Below, one piece after another: positions 26,082 to 39,200 of a stretch of DNA of 64,000 bases (its first letter is position 1; every line of letters begins with the position of its first letter). Both the position numbers and the translations under genes were made by a program. The DNA is taken from NCBI GenBank assembly GCA_003507445.1, contig DNVR01000008.1:29083-93082 (forward strand). The letters are read 5' to 3'. The notes below the pieces were generated by a model. That model saw only the letters and a list, made by a program, of their open reading frames with translations, ran no database searches and was not told where the DNA came from. This DNA comes from Candidatus Moraniibacteriota bacterium. Lineage in GTDB: Bacteria > Patescibacteriota > Minisyncoccia > Moranbacterales > GWC2-37-73.

Positions 26082-27884
26082 ATGTTTAAAAAACAGTCAG
26101 AAGGCAGCAAGCCTTCAGTTGCGACTTCGGCGCATACAAAAAAACCGATGAAAAGAACAGGGAAGCAGATGGGGAAATCCCACAAAACCCAAACACCTTT
26201 GGGCAATGCACCAAGCAAAAACTTGCGCATCACGCCGATGGGTGGAAATGAAGAAGTGGGACGTAATATGACTATGTTTGAATATGATGGAGACATCATT
26301 ATCTTGGATATGGGAATTCAATTTCCAGAGGAAGATATGCCGGGGATTGATTATATCATTCCAAACATAAGTTATCTGAAAGGCAAGGAGAAAAATGTTA
26401 GAGGTGTGATTTTGAGTCACGGACATTTGGATCATATTGGAGCCGCTCCAATTTTGCTCAAAGAACTTGGTTATCCTCCAATTGTTGGACGTGATTTAAC
26501 CTTGGCTTTGGTCAAGAAAAAAATGGAAGACTATGACACTAATTCTGCTCAAAATCTGAAAATAATCAGAGTTAATGCTATCACTGACAAAGTTAGACTT
26601 GGAAAATTTGAAATTGAATTTTTTGATGTTGAACACAGCGTGATGGATGCGGTTGGTGTTATTATTAAAACTCCAGATGGCACAGTGATTCATCCTGGGG
26701 ATTGGACAATGGACAAAAATCCAACCGATCACAAAATGGTTACATATGACCATCTTTCTAAATTGCCTTCACCAAAAATCTTGATGTTGGAAAGTTTGGG
26801 AGCAACTGACACGCGCCCTACTCAAAAGTCAGAAGTTGAGATGTATAAAAATCTTGATGATTTGGTGGGTAGTGCTAAAGGAATGGTTATTATCGGAACA
26901 TTTTCTTCGCAAATTAAGCGTATTGGAAAAATAATCGAATATGCTGAATCTATTGGAAAAAAAGTGGCTCTTGATGGTTATAGTATGAAAATGAACATTG
27001 AAATTGCCAAGGAATTGGGATATATCAAAGCTCACAAGCAAACACTGATAACAGTAAATGAAATTCAAAAGCATCCAAGAAACAAGGTGGTGGTGATTTG
27101 TACAGGAGCGCAAGGCGAGGGAAATGCTGTGCTTTCAAGAATTGTTAATGATGAACATCGCTTTATTCATATTATGCGTGAGGATACGATTGTGTTTTCA
27201 TCTTCGATTATTCCTGGAAATGAAAGAACGATTCAACGTCTTAAAGATGATTTGTATCGAAAATGTGACAATGTTATTCATTCTGACATTTTGGATGTGC
27301 ATACTAGTGGTCACAGCAATGCGCGCGACATTCAAGATATTATTGGTCAAATTAAACCTGATTATTTCTTGCCGGTATATGCTAATCACTATTTTCTCAA
27401 AGAAGCTGCGAAGCTTGGGGAAAAAGTTGGTGTGCATCGAGACAATATCTTTGTGTTGGATAATGGTAACCAGCTTGAATTTGCTGGTGGAAAGGCTAAA
27501 ATGCTTCCACAGAAAATTGATACTAGCTATGTGATGGTTGATGGGCTTGGAATTGGCGACATCGGCGAAATCGTCCTCAGAGACAGGCAACTTTTGGCGA
27601 AGGACGGGATGTTTATGATCGTGGTTGTTATTGATTCAAAAACCAAAAAAATCATCGGAACTCCCCAAATCACATCGCGAGGCTTTATTTTCGTCAAAGA
27701 AAATTTTGACTTGGTAAACGCTACCAAGCGTGTGGTGGAAAAGGTGGTAAAAGAAAAGACTTCTCCAGATGTTTCAGTTAATTGGGACTATGTGAAAAAC
27801 AATATTCGCGAAGCAGTTGGATCATTTCTGTTTACTAAAACAGAGCGAAGACCGATGGTTTTGCCTGTTGTTATTGAAGTCTAA
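26082..27884 (+). CDS. rnj: ribonuclease J (metallo-beta-lactamase / beta-CASP) with basic N-terminal extension
   Basis: HGHLDHIG zinc motif and beta-CASP region. 600 aa, with a ~50-aa Lys/Ser-rich N-terminal tail. Confidence 0.85.
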   Translation: MFKKQSEGSKPSVATSAHTKKPMKRTGKQMGKSHKTQTPLGNAPSKNLRITPMGGNEEVGRNMTMFEYDGDIIILDMGIQFPEEDMPGIDYIIPNISYLKGKEKNVRGVILSHGHLDHIGAAPILLKELGYPPIVGRDLTLALVKKKMEDYDTNSAQNLKIIRVNAITDKVRLGKFEIEFFDVEHSVMDAVGVIIKTPDGTVIHPGDWTMDKNPTDHKMVTYDHLSKLPSPKILMLESLGATDTRPTQKSEVEMYKNLDDLVGSAKGMVIIGTFSSQIKRIGKIIEYAESIGKKVALDGYSMKMNIEIAKELGYIKAHKQTLITVNEIQKHPRNKVVVICTGAQGEGNAVLSRIVNDEHRFIHIMREDTIVFSSSIIPGNERTIQRLKDDLYRKCDNVIHSDILDVHTSGHSNARDIQDIIGQIKPDYFLPVYANHYFLKEAAKLGEKVGVHRDNIFVLDNGNQLEFAGGKAKMLPQKIDTSYVMVDGLGIGDIGEIVLRDRQLLAKDGMFMIVVVIDSKTKKIIGTPQITSRGFIFVKENFDLVNATKRVVEKVVKEKTSPDVSVNWDYVKNNIREAVGSFLFTKTERRPMVLPVVIEV

Positions 27885-27933
27885 AAAGTTTAAAAAGTTG
27901 AAAGTTCATAAGGTTCATAAAGCCTATGAGATA

Positions 27934-27963
27934 AAAAACCAGTCAGTTTGACTGGTTTTTTTG
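27934..27963 (+). terminator. rho-independent terminator
   Basis: AAAAACCAGTCA-GTT-TGACTGGTTTTT. Confidence 0.7.
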
Positions 27964-27970
27964 TTAGTGC

Positions 27971-28090
27971 TTTTTTTGTTTTGCCTGCTTCCTTTCTCGG
28001 CACGCTTCGCAATCGAAGAACTATGATTGCTCGCTAAGAGTTCGCTGTCGCTCTCTGCTACCCTCAAAAGAAAACAGGCAAAACAAAAAA
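27971..28090. repeat. long hairpin element related to repeat family 3
   Basis: Outer 15-bp IR TTTTGTTTTGCCTG/CAGGCAAAACAAAA enclosing GGCACGCTT + palindrome CTTCGCAATCGAAG + AGAGTTCGCTGTCGC. Shares the GGCACGCTT and GCTGTCGC blocks with family 3. Confidence 0.55.
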
Positions 28091-28288
28091 CAAATCTTTA
28101 TTTTTTTGAACCACAATCTTGGTATAACCAGATTTTTTTGAATAGATAAAAACATCTTGATTGATATAGGAAACACTGATAATATCTATCTTTTTGGGGT
28201 TGGCAAGATATTTGAAAATATGCTATAATTTGATAAGTTAACAGATGATGTTTTTAGTGAAAAAAATTATTCAGTCATTGCTTTTATT

Positions 28289-28882
28289 ATGCAAGAAAAG
28301 AAAAAAATAAAAATGTTATCTTCGTGGTTTGTTGACCACTTTCATTTGATTTTTAAGTCTGCGGCAGACAATCATTTGCGTATTCAAAATGCGCTTAAAA
28401 ATCCGGACGGAACTTTTCAATTGACGCTGCGATTTAAATCGTATAGTGAACTAAAAAAATATCAAAAGAAAATAAGAACCATTTCTGTCAGTCTTTCTTC
28501 TGCTGTTGCGATGGTGGCAGTGGCGTTTATTGTTGCGCCGTATATTATGAACCCTAGTCGTTCGAGCGCTGCTAGTTTTCAATGGACACAAAATAGTTGG
28601 GCGGCAGGCGCAGGTGCAGAATCAGCAACAAAAACTGGTTGGACAAAATATGCTTCAAAAGATGAAAATATCACAGCAGCGGAAGCGGGTATTTCCCTCA
28701 CACTCCCAACTCCTCAAAGTGTCGCGGAGAATGCAGATGCTGATTTTACTGGCGCGCAGACAGGCGATGGGTTCTATACTAATGGATCTGGACAGCTGCT
28801 ACTCAAAAAACCAACGGGCGCAACTTGCGGCGTTGGCGGAGAATGCGCAAGCGGGACCTGCACTTCGACGCTGTGTACGTGA
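28289..28882 (+). CDS. small secreted Cys-rich protein, paralog of the N-terminal part of 41687..42835
   Basis: Shared blocks HLRI, YQKKIR, TM helix, WTQNSWAAGAGAE, KTGWTKYASKDENI. C-terminal Cys cluster CGVGGECASGTCTSTLC. Confidence 0.6.
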   Translation: MQEKKKIKMLSSWFVDHFHLIFKSAADNHLRIQNALKNPDGTFQLTLRFKSYSELKKYQKKIRTISVSLSSAVAMVAVAFIVAPYIMNPSRSSAASFQWTQNSWAAGAGAESATKTGWTKYASKDENITAAEAGISLTLPTPQSVAENADADFTGAQTGDGFYTNGSGQLLLKKPTGATCGVGGECASGTCTSTLCT

Positions 28883-29031
28883 GAACTGCAACCCCAGTTA
28901 AATACTGCGGAGTACCGCAATTTAACGGGGTAAACATACAACATACAACAAAATACAGAATACAAAACATATAACATATAGCATGTAACAAATAGATACT
29001 AAATACTAAATACTAAATACTAAAAAAACTT

Positions 29032-29736
29032 ATGGATATGATAAAAAGGGAACAAAAGAAAACAGAGGGAGTTAATTTGGAAAAACAAACAGTAAGCTCA
29101 AAAAGAAAGTATGTGAAAATGATTGTGTTGGCTTTGGTTGTTGCGGCCATTGTCGCAGCCGGTTTTTTTGCTTGGCCCAAGATTGCAGAAAAATTAAACC
29201 AACCAAAACCTGCAGCAACAAATGCGATTGATCAGTATAAACAAGATTTGAAAGACTTGAAAAAACAAGCAGCAACTTCTGGCAGCAAAGAAGATTTGCA
29301 AGCGCTTGGCATTGCTCAATATGCAACAGGCGATCAGGCAGGAGCAATTGAGACGTATAAAAAACAAATTGAAAAAGAGCCAAACAGCATTGTTGCTCAC
29401 AGTGGTCTTGCTAATGCACTTCGCGATCAGAAAAATTTTGACGGAGCAATCGAGGAGTACAAAAAAGTTATTGAAATTTCCCCAATCGACATTTCTGCCT
29501 ATGTGAACTTGGCTAGTGTTTATCAGTATCAGCTTAAGCAAATGGACAAGGCTATCGAGGCTTATAAACAAGGAATTGAAAAAAATCCAAAATCAGATGA
29601 TTTGTATGTGCTTTTGGGATTGGCTTATGAACAAAACGGGGACAATGAAAGTGCAAAGACATCTTATGAAAAAGCTTTAGAATTGGATGAAAACAACGCA
29701 GCTGCCAAGCCAGCCTTGGAAAGACTTAATCAATAG
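29032..29736 (+). CDS. TPR-repeat protein with N-terminal membrane anchor
   Basis: TM helix MIVLALVVAAIVAAGFFAW followed by ~34-aa repeats (AxxxYxxAL...P). Confidence 0.7.
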   Translation: MDMIKREQKKTEGVNLEKQTVSSKRKYVKMIVLALVVAAIVAAGFFAWPKIAEKLNQPKPAATNAIDQYKQDLKDLKKQAATSGSKEDLQALGIAQYATGDQAGAIETYKKQIEKEPNSIVAHSGLANALRDQKNFDGAIEEYKKVIEISPIDISAYVNLASVYQYQLKQMDKAIEAYKQGIEKNPKSDDLYVLLGLAYEQNGDNESAKTSYEKALELDENNAAAKPALERLNQ

Positions 29737-29785
29737 GGGTTAATAATTTCTAATTTCCAATTTCTAATTTCCAACAAAAAATCAA

Positions 29786-30166
29786 ATGTCAAATGATAAA
29801 AGGATATATGATTTGGAGGAACGTACGGAAGTATTTGGTGAGAATATTATTGAATTTTGCAAAATAATTCCAAAAACAGCATTAACAACCGTATTGACGA
29901 ATCAACTTTTGCGATCAGGGACTAGCGTGGGAGCAAATTATTGCGAAGCGGATTGTGCTGAATCAAGAAAAGATTTTGAACATAAATTGGGAATTTGTAA
30001 AAAGGAAGCCAAGGAAACAAAACATTGGCTTAGGATGATTGCAAAAGCTGCACCTGAAATTAAAAGTGAAGCGCAAATATTATGGAAAGAATCAAATGAG
30101 CTGCAGTTAATATTTATTGCGATTATTAATAAGTCAAAAATAAATGAAGCAGAGAAGAAAAGATAA
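29786..30166 (+). CDS. four-helix-bundle protein (23S rRNA intervening-sequence protein family)
   Basis: LRSGTSVGANYCEA ... KDFEHKLGICKKEAKETKHWL matches the conserved core of the family. Confidence 0.65.
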   Translation: MSNDKRIYDLEERTEVFGENIIEFCKIIPKTALTTVLTNQLLRSGTSVGANYCEADCAESRKDFEHKLGICKKEAKETKHWLRMIAKAAPEIKSEAQILWKESNELQLIFIAIINKSKINEAEKKR

Positions 30167-30241
30167 GTTTGGAAATTATATATTGAAAATTTTGTTAGAA
30201 ATTGGATATTAGAAATTAGTAATTAAACGAAGTATTCTCTG

Positions 30242-33200
30242 ATGGGTGTAATCGGAATAAGGAAAAATATAAAAAGCAAAAATTGGGGACTGAAAATTAT
30301 TTCAGCGTTTTTTGCTTTGAGTTTCTTTTTTGTGGCTGTCGCTTCAGCTGAAGTCGCTCCAACAATCTCTGAAATTTCTCCAAATAATGGGTTGCCAGAG
30401 GGTGGAACAAGTGTGACGATAACTGGAACAAATTTTTCTCAAAGTACAATAGATGCAAACACGAAATTGTTGATTCAAGGTAACGGCACAGGTGCAAGCT
30501 TCGTTGATTCTGAAATAACCCCAAAGACAGTTACCGCTGTTGGAAATGTCACCCAATCTTCTGCGCAGTCAAAATTTGGAGGATCAAGTGTTTATCTTGA
30601 TGGAAATGGCGATTATTTGTCTTTAGCGGACAGCGAGGATTGGGCTTTTGGCACAGGAGATTTCACAATGGATATGTGGGTTAAAACAACCGAATCTGAT
30701 GGTTTCTTGCTTTCTCAGATGCCTTCAAATGGTGCAGCGGGAGTTGCTAGTTTTTATTCAGTTGTGAGTGTGGATGGAAAAGTTATTTTTGTTCCTGATT
30801 ATGTTTCCTACCCAAGTCATCACACTATAACATCAACAGTTTCTGTTAATGATGATGCTTGGCATCACATCGCATTTGTTAGGAACGGCGCATATATAAG
30901 AATGTATATTGATGGAACAGAAAGTGGCACAGCTTTAAATATGGGCGCTGGTTTTACTATGACAAATTCTGCTGAACTTTTGAAAATAGGTAGCATTGGG
31001 CTTCCAGAAAATTACAGTCCTTATGGTGGGTATATTGATGAAATCCGTGTTTCCAAGGGGATTGCTCGCTGGACCAGCAATTTTACACCTCCATCTTCTG
31101 AAAATCATTTGCAATCAACATTAACAATCGGTGGAACTTCTGCCACAAATATTGCAGTTACAAGCCCAACTACAATTACCGCCACAACTCCTGCTCACGC
31201 TGCGGGTGCAGCTGATGTAGTGGTTACAAATTACGACGGTCAATCTGCAACACTGACAAGCGGATATACTTTCAATGCTGCTCCAACCATTTCTGCAGGA
31301 GCTGTTACTCCAGCGAGTGCAAAACTTACGGGTGGCGACACAATTACAATTACAGGATCTGGTTTTTATGGAACTCCAAGTGTAACTCTTGGTGGAACAG
31401 CTGCGACTGCTGTTACAGTAGTAAATCCAACCACAATCACCGCGACAACCCCAGCACATTCTGTTGGTGCTGTTGATGTTGTGATTACAAATGAAGATTC
31501 GCAAAGCGCGACACTTGCAAACGGATTTACATTCACGGAACTTCCACCGACAGTTTCAGGAATTTCTCCAAGTGCTGGTTCACCTGCTGGCGGAACAAGT
31601 GTGACGATAAGTGGAACTAATTTTTTGGTTGGAGATGTTGATACATACACTAAAGTGTTGCTGCATGGTGATGGCACGGGAGCAAGCTTTGTTGATTCTG
31701 AATTAATCCCAAAAGTAGTTACAGCAGTTGGCAATGCTACTCAATCTGCTGCGCAATCTAAATTTGGAGGGAAAAGTATGTATTTTGATGGGAGTGGTGA
31801 TTATCTTGATTTGGCAACCTCTGCTGATTTTGGTCTCGGCACAGGTGATTTTACTGTGGATTGTTGGGTAAATTTCTCCACTGTAACTAATGCAATATTT
31901 GTGAATACCACTAGTTCAGCAAATGGATTCTTTTTTCAATACTATAATAATGCTTTTACTTTTGGTCAAAATAATGTAGGTTTTGTAATTAATACACCTT
32001 GGACGCCTTCTATAAACACTTGGTATCACATAGCAGTGACAAGGGCGAGTGGCACAACCAAAGGCTTTATTAATGGAACGCAAATAGCATCTGTTAGTGA
32101 TAATTATAATTACGCTAACAATATATTGCGCGTAGGTGAAAGCGTTAATGGTTATCTAGATGAAGTCCGTGTTTCAAAAGGGATTGCTCGTTGGACTAGT
32201 AATTTTACACCGCCGTCTGCTGAATATCACTCACAACCAATGTTAACTTTTGGCGGAATCTATGCTACAAATGTCGCAGTCACAAACCCAACTACAATTA
32301 CCGCTACAACTCCTGCTCACACTGCAGGTGCAACTGATGTTGTCGTCACAAATTACGATGGACAAAGTGCAACACTAACAAGTGGTTACACTTTCAATCC
32401 TGCGCCAACAATTTCTGCTGGAGCAGTTTCTCCAGCCAGTGCCTTGAAGACAGGAGGCGACACAATTACAATCACGGGAACAGGATTTTATGGCACACCT
32501 ACCGTAACTTTGGGAGGAACAGCTGCGACTGCTGTTACAGTAGTAAATCCAACCACAATCACCGCGACAACCCCAGCACATTCTGTTGGTGCTGTTGATG
32601 TTGTGATTACAAATGAAGATTCGCAAAGCGCGACACTTGCAAACGGATTTACATTTACAGAACTTCCATCAACAGTTGGATCAATTTCTCCAAATAATGG
32701 AACTGTTGCAGGTGGAACCAATGTGACGATTACGGGGACGAATTTTATTGAAAACAGCGCAACAGGTGGAACGATTACAACCTCTGGAGAATATACAGTG
32801 CATACATTTACAGGAAGTGGAACGTTTGTGCCGAATAATGAGATGGATGTTGAGGTTTTGGTTGTTGCTGGCGGAGGTGGAGGTGGAGGTGGAGAACCTA
32901 GTGCTGGCGATTCTGGTGGTGGTGGAGGAGCTGGAGGATACAGAACTGCAAATCTTACAATATCATCAGAATCTCATAATGTGACTGTGGGTGCTGGAGG
33001 CGCAGGTGCAGCAGGAACATCTTTACCAGGAAATAAAGGGAATGATTCAATTTTTGATTCCATAACTGCAGCAGGTGGAGGTGCTGGTGGAATAGAGGGC
33101 GGAAGTGGTGGAGCTGGAGGATCTGGAGGTGGAGCTGGAGGTCTCTGTTCAGTTCCAGTTTCAGGAGGAGCAGGTAATACGCCAGCAACGACACCAAGTC

Positions 33201-36200
33201 AAGGAAATAATGGAGGATTTACACCCGGGACAACTTGTTCTGGGCGAGCTGGTTCTGGCGGTGGTGGTGCTGGCGGTGTTGGAGGTGCAGGAACCACTGT
33301 TAGTGGCGCTGGTGGTGCGGGCGTAGCAAGTGATATTACCGGAACTTCTATAACAAGAGCTGTTGGTGGTGCTGGCGGACAAAGCGGCAGTGGAACAGGT
33401 ACAGCAGGAGCTGCAAACACTGGAAATGGTGGAAAAGGAGGAGGAATAAGTTCTGCTGGTGGTGCAGGAGGAAGCGGTGTTGTTATTGTTAGATATTTGA
33501 CCCATAAACCAGTAGTTACCATCGGTGGAACTTCTGCTACAAATGTCGCAGTCACAAGCCCAACCACCATCACTGCCACAACTCCCGCACATACCGCAGG
33601 CACAGCTGATGTGGTGGTTACGAATTATGACGGACAATCTGCAACGCTGACAAATGGATACACTTTCAATCCTGCGCCAACAATTTCTGCAGGAGCAGTT
33701 TCTCCAGCCAGTGCAAAACTTACTGGAGGCGATACAATCACAATCACTGGAACGGGATTTTATGGCACACCTACCGTAACTCTTGGAGGCACAGCTGCGA
33801 CTGCTGTTACAGTAGTAAATCCAACAACAATCACTGCGACAACTCCCGCACATTCTGTTGGCGCTGTTGATGTTGTTATTACAAATGAAGATTCTCAATC
33901 CGCAACTCTTACCAATGGATTCACTTTCACAGAACTTCCACCAACACTAAGTTCAATTTCTCCTGATAACGGTCCAGTAGCAGGGGGAACTAATGTGACG
34001 ATAAGTGGTACGAATTTTGTCGCTGGGTCTGTAAGTGCAATTGGCGGAACAATAACAACTGATGGTGATTATACGGTACACACATTTACAGGTAGTGGAA
34101 CATTTACAGCTGATAGTGATATGCCTGTGGAGGTTCTGGTTGTTGCTGGTGGTGGAGGTGGCGCAGGAATGGCTGAATCTGGTGGAGGTGGAGGAGGTGG
34201 AGTGCAACATCATACTTCATGGCCAATAAATGCTGGTGCAAATTATAGTGTTGTAGTTGGAAATGGTGGTTTAGGTGCTACAAGTGTTTCAAATGGTGCA
34301 AATGGTGCAAATTCATCTTTTGGCGAATTGATTGCTAATGGAGGTGGTGGAGGAGGTGGATTTATCGGTTTAACTCCAGGATCTGGAGGTTCAGGCGGTG
34401 GATCTACGCGAGGAGTTGCTGCAGGATTGAGTAATCAAATTTCAATTAATGGTTCAAATTCTTACGGAAATCCTGGAGGTGTTGGATGGCCAAGTGGATA
34501 TACGGCTGGAGGTGGTGGAGGTGCTGGTTCTGCGGGAGGAAATGCTACTAGTGGAGTGTATCCAGATGGAGGTGTTGGAGGTGCTGGAAGAGCATTTGAT
34601 ATTTCAGGAACATCAACATATTATGCTGGAGGTGGTGGAGGAATTTATGCTTATGGTGGTATTGGTGGTGGAGGCAATGGTAATATGGGAACAGTTGAAT
34701 CTTATAATGGTGTGGCTAATACTGGAGGTGGAGGAGGTGGAGGAGCTAATGTAGTTGGAGGAGATGGTGGTTCTGGAATTGTAATAGTGAGATATTTGAC
34801 AAAGGCTAAATTGCCAACCGTAATAATCGATGGAATTGCAGCTACAAATGTTTCACTTGTGAACCCAACCACAATAACAGCAACCACTCCTGCTCACACT
34901 GCAGGTGCAACTGATGTTGTCGTCACAAATTACGATGGACAAAGTGCAACACTAACAAGTGCGTTTGAATATCACAATTGGATTACGGCAGGAACGTATA
35001 CCTCAACAGTTAAACCTCTGGCTAATGTTGGATTTGGAAACATTGATTGGGTTGCTGGCACGCCTGCTAATACTAATTTGACAATGCGAGTAAAATCTTG
35101 CACCTCTGCTGATTGCAGCGACAAACCAAGTTGGTCTGGATGCGACTTGGCTGCGCTGGACAATGGTACCGATATTTCCGGTAAGGGTTGTGTGGTGGAT
35201 GGCCAAGGTTATGTTCAATATCAAGCATATCTTTCAACTGATTCAAATTCTGCTCAGCCATATCTCGACAGCGTCACAATTTCAACTCAACCAGAATATT
35301 CCAAAACATTTTTAAGTCTCATTTCTTCTCCTTTTGATACGGGAAATGAAAGCAACAGTGTTCAAAAAATTTCTTGGACTGCAACAAATGACAACTTGGC
35401 AACTCAGGGACAAGTGGCAATACAAATTCGAACTGCACCGGATAATGGCGGAATTCCTGATTTTACAAATTCAGTTTGGTGTGGGCCGACTGATTGCAGC
35501 GGCACAACAAATTCAACAACAGCTTTTGCAATCAGTTATTACACTGACAAAACAGGGGCTCTTGCGATAAATGCAATTAACAAGGATCTTAGTGATGATC
35601 GTTGGATTCAATATGCAACATTCTTGAAATCAGCTGATGGAACTTTGACTCCGACATTGACTGATGTGACGATGCAATATGCATATAACACTCCACCAGC
35701 AATTACAATTGACAGCAACCCAATATTTTTAAAGCAAAATGCAGATGGAACTTTCTCTGTTCCATACACCTTAAGTGAAACTTATGATGATTTTGGTAAC
35801 ATTCCTCACGGAACAGCTGGTTCTCCGATTAAAGCACTTCTTTTTTATCAACCGAAAAATGACATCACAATTGAAGAACTTACAAATGTTCGAACAGGAA
35901 TTGTCACCCTCAATAATCCAAGCAATCTTCCAATTCCATCGCAAGGTTCAATGCTGATTGGCGATGAGTTGATGACTTTTGATTCAGTTGGAGCAACTGG
36001 AAATCAAAGAAACATCACAGCGCGTGGAATTGCTTTTGCAACTTCATATCCAACCACGGCTGCTGCACACTTGGCAAATTCCGCAGTATTTTTTGCAACT
36101 TCAGCTTCGATTCAAACAATCGATACGCTTGTTGAGACGGGCATAGTTGGCGCTGAGGCATCCGTATCAAATATGTTCTCTTGGAATCCAAGAACTGATG

Positions 36201-39200
36201 TCAATACAAATTTGAATGGTAACAAACTTTCAGACGTGGTTTTCAAAGTTGCTGCCAACGACGCTGATTCAACCAACATTAATAATATCGGACAAAGCAG
36301 TGCGACCACTTCGCAAGTTCTGGATTTGGAATCTCCTTTGATTAAAAATGTCACTTCATCTTCGGCTGATGGGAAATATAACGCTGGAAAAAATGTGGAC
36401 GTCACGATTAATTTTGCTGACAGTCTTGGCAACGCAAAGAATGTGACTTCAACAGGCGCTGTCACGATAGTTTTGGAAACTGGCGTTAATGATTATGAAT
36501 GCTTGATCCCATCTATCACAAACGCATCAAGCGCATCTTGCACATATCAAGTCCAAACAGGCGATGTTAGCGAAGATCTAACTGCAATTTCTGTAAGCGG
36601 AACAATTAAAGATCAATTCCAAAACACTCTTTCAAACTTTGCGATTCCAGCAGGACAAAACATTGCTGATTCAAAAGCTATTGTTATCGATACAATTTCT
36701 CCAATCATTTCAGGTGTGTCGCCAGCAGCAAGTGCGTTTGTAAATTCAATCACTAGCGCTAATGGTGGCTCTGATATTTCGTATGAAGCGACAGAACTTT
36801 TAAAAACAGGATCATATGTTAAATTCACTTCAACTTCGGGAACAGATTTGAACACCGAATATCTTTGCACTTTGCAGGGAACAGCACTTGAGGTTGGCGT
36901 GCACAGTGGTTTTGAAATCAAACAAGATGCAAACAACTGCACTGAAGTTCAAAGCGCGCTTCAAAGTGGTTCTGTTTATACAATGACAATTCACGCCATT
37001 GACGAAGCTGACAATGCCAGTGACCAAACAATTGCAAATATTAATTTTGACACAACCAATCCGACAGCTAGCGTAACTTCCCCATCAAACGATGCCTTTT
37101 TCAACAGCATTACAACTGGCTCAGATGTTTCATATAATCTTGATGAACAGTTGCAAGCAGGCAGTTATCTTAAATTCACTAGAACTGCTGGTAGCGCTGA
37201 TGGATCTTCTCCGCGAACTTGTAATTTGACAGGGACTGAGCTTGAAGAAGGTGATCATAATAATGTGGACTTGAACGCTGTCTGTGGAGGATTTGCTTTA
37301 GTAGATGGTGCAGTTTATTCAATTGATCTTTTCGCTAAGGACTTGGCTGGAAATGAGGCAAATGCAACACAAAAAACAAATGTTACTTTTGACCAAACTG
37401 CTCCAACACTCAACTCATTTACTTCAGACAAGGCCAACAACACGCCAGCTACAGCTTATGGCGCAGGGGAAGTGATTGATATTAAGGCGGTTTACAGCGA
37501 ATCATTGGCAGTTGGCTCAACAATGACAGTTAGATTGGAAAACACAGCAACGCCCGCTGTTGATGTTGTGCTCGATCAAATTGCTGGAAATGTGCTTTCG
37601 GGAACATTTGTTGTGGACGGTCCGCGTAAGGGATATGACACGGCTGATTTGACTTTGCGATCAATTGTTTCTCAAAATGCTATCGATCAAGCTGGCAATG
37701 TTAAAACTGATTCGGCGATACCGTTTGGACAAAACTTAGGAGACAACAAAGACATTGCGATTGATACAGGAACTCCAATTCTGGAAAGTTTTGCTGCTCA
37801 AAAACTTCCTGAGAATTCAACAAGCGGTTCTTACAAAGCAGGAACGGAAATAAAAATAACCGCGACATATTCCAAACCAATTGCCTCTGGCGAAATCACG
37901 CTGCATCTTAATACTCAAAATGGAGCTGAAGACATTGAAAACATTGTATTGTCAACAATTTCAGGTTCTACAATTTTCGGCACACACACTGTGCAAAATC
38001 TGGACAACGCTGAAGACTTGAAAGTTTTTGCCATCACTGCTCAAAGCGTTACTGACTTTAAAGGTAATGTGCTTGATAGAACAGGAACAATGACTGAATA
38101 TGACGCATATTTCACTTCGCTTGTTGGCGAAAACATTTCTGCTGTTACAAATATTTCCAATTTCAAAATTGACACAACTGCGCCAACACTTGGAGCAACG
38201 CCAATTGCCATTGCAAATGTCGCAGGAAAAACTAGCAGTGCAACCCCAGTGATAACATTGTCTGCAACTGATAATGATATTTCTAAAGCAATCTTCTCAT
38301 TGGATGGGGGAACTTCTTGGTGTGCTCCAATTGATTATGGTGCAACAATAAACACATTTGACATTACATCTAGTGCTTGCGGTGGTTCTGCTTCCAACGA
38401 AGTAAAAACTGTCACAGTCAAGTTCAGCGATGTTGCTGGCAATGAGAGTGCAACTTCCAGCGCTTCAGTTGAATATGATAATTTGAAACCACAGTTGCAA
38501 ACAATTACTGCTGATGTGGTCGGCGGAATCTATGGACCAAATTCAGTTATTAAAATCACTGCAACATATGACGAAGACATTGCCAGTGGAACATTAGTTG
38601 TCAATCTTAACAATGGAAAGCAGCTTACGATTAATACTGTCGAAACGGCCAGAACACTGGTGGCAAATTATACTGTTGGCGCAACTATTAGTGGCGAAGA
38701 CACAAGCGCGCTTCGTGTAGCTGCAATTGTTTCGCAAGCTGTTTCTGATTCAGCTGCCAACACGCAAGACGGAACCAGTCTGGCTGGAATAACTGCCAAC
38801 ATCGACACTGATAAAACAATTATAATTGATACTACTGCGCCAAGCGCTGCTGCGCCAGACGGCTCGATTGTTGCTGACAGGGCAAGCGAAGAAAACAAAA
38901 TAAAAATTACAATTTCTCCTGATGATTGGGGTGTGGCAAAGGATGAAATGACCGCTCAAATTGCGCTGATGGACACGGTGGTTGCTTGCAACTTTACTGG
39001 CGCAAATGCAGCAGTCTTCAACAGTGAATTTCCAAAAACATTTACATATGATGACCTTGCAGGCGCAGTGAAAAAAGTTTGTGTTAAATTGACTGACAAG
39101 GCGGGGAACATTTCTTCTGATTTCAGTGTGGTCACTCCAAACACTCCTGAAAATTTCGTGTATACTGATCTTACCAGCGCGACGTTTACAGGTGCGATTT

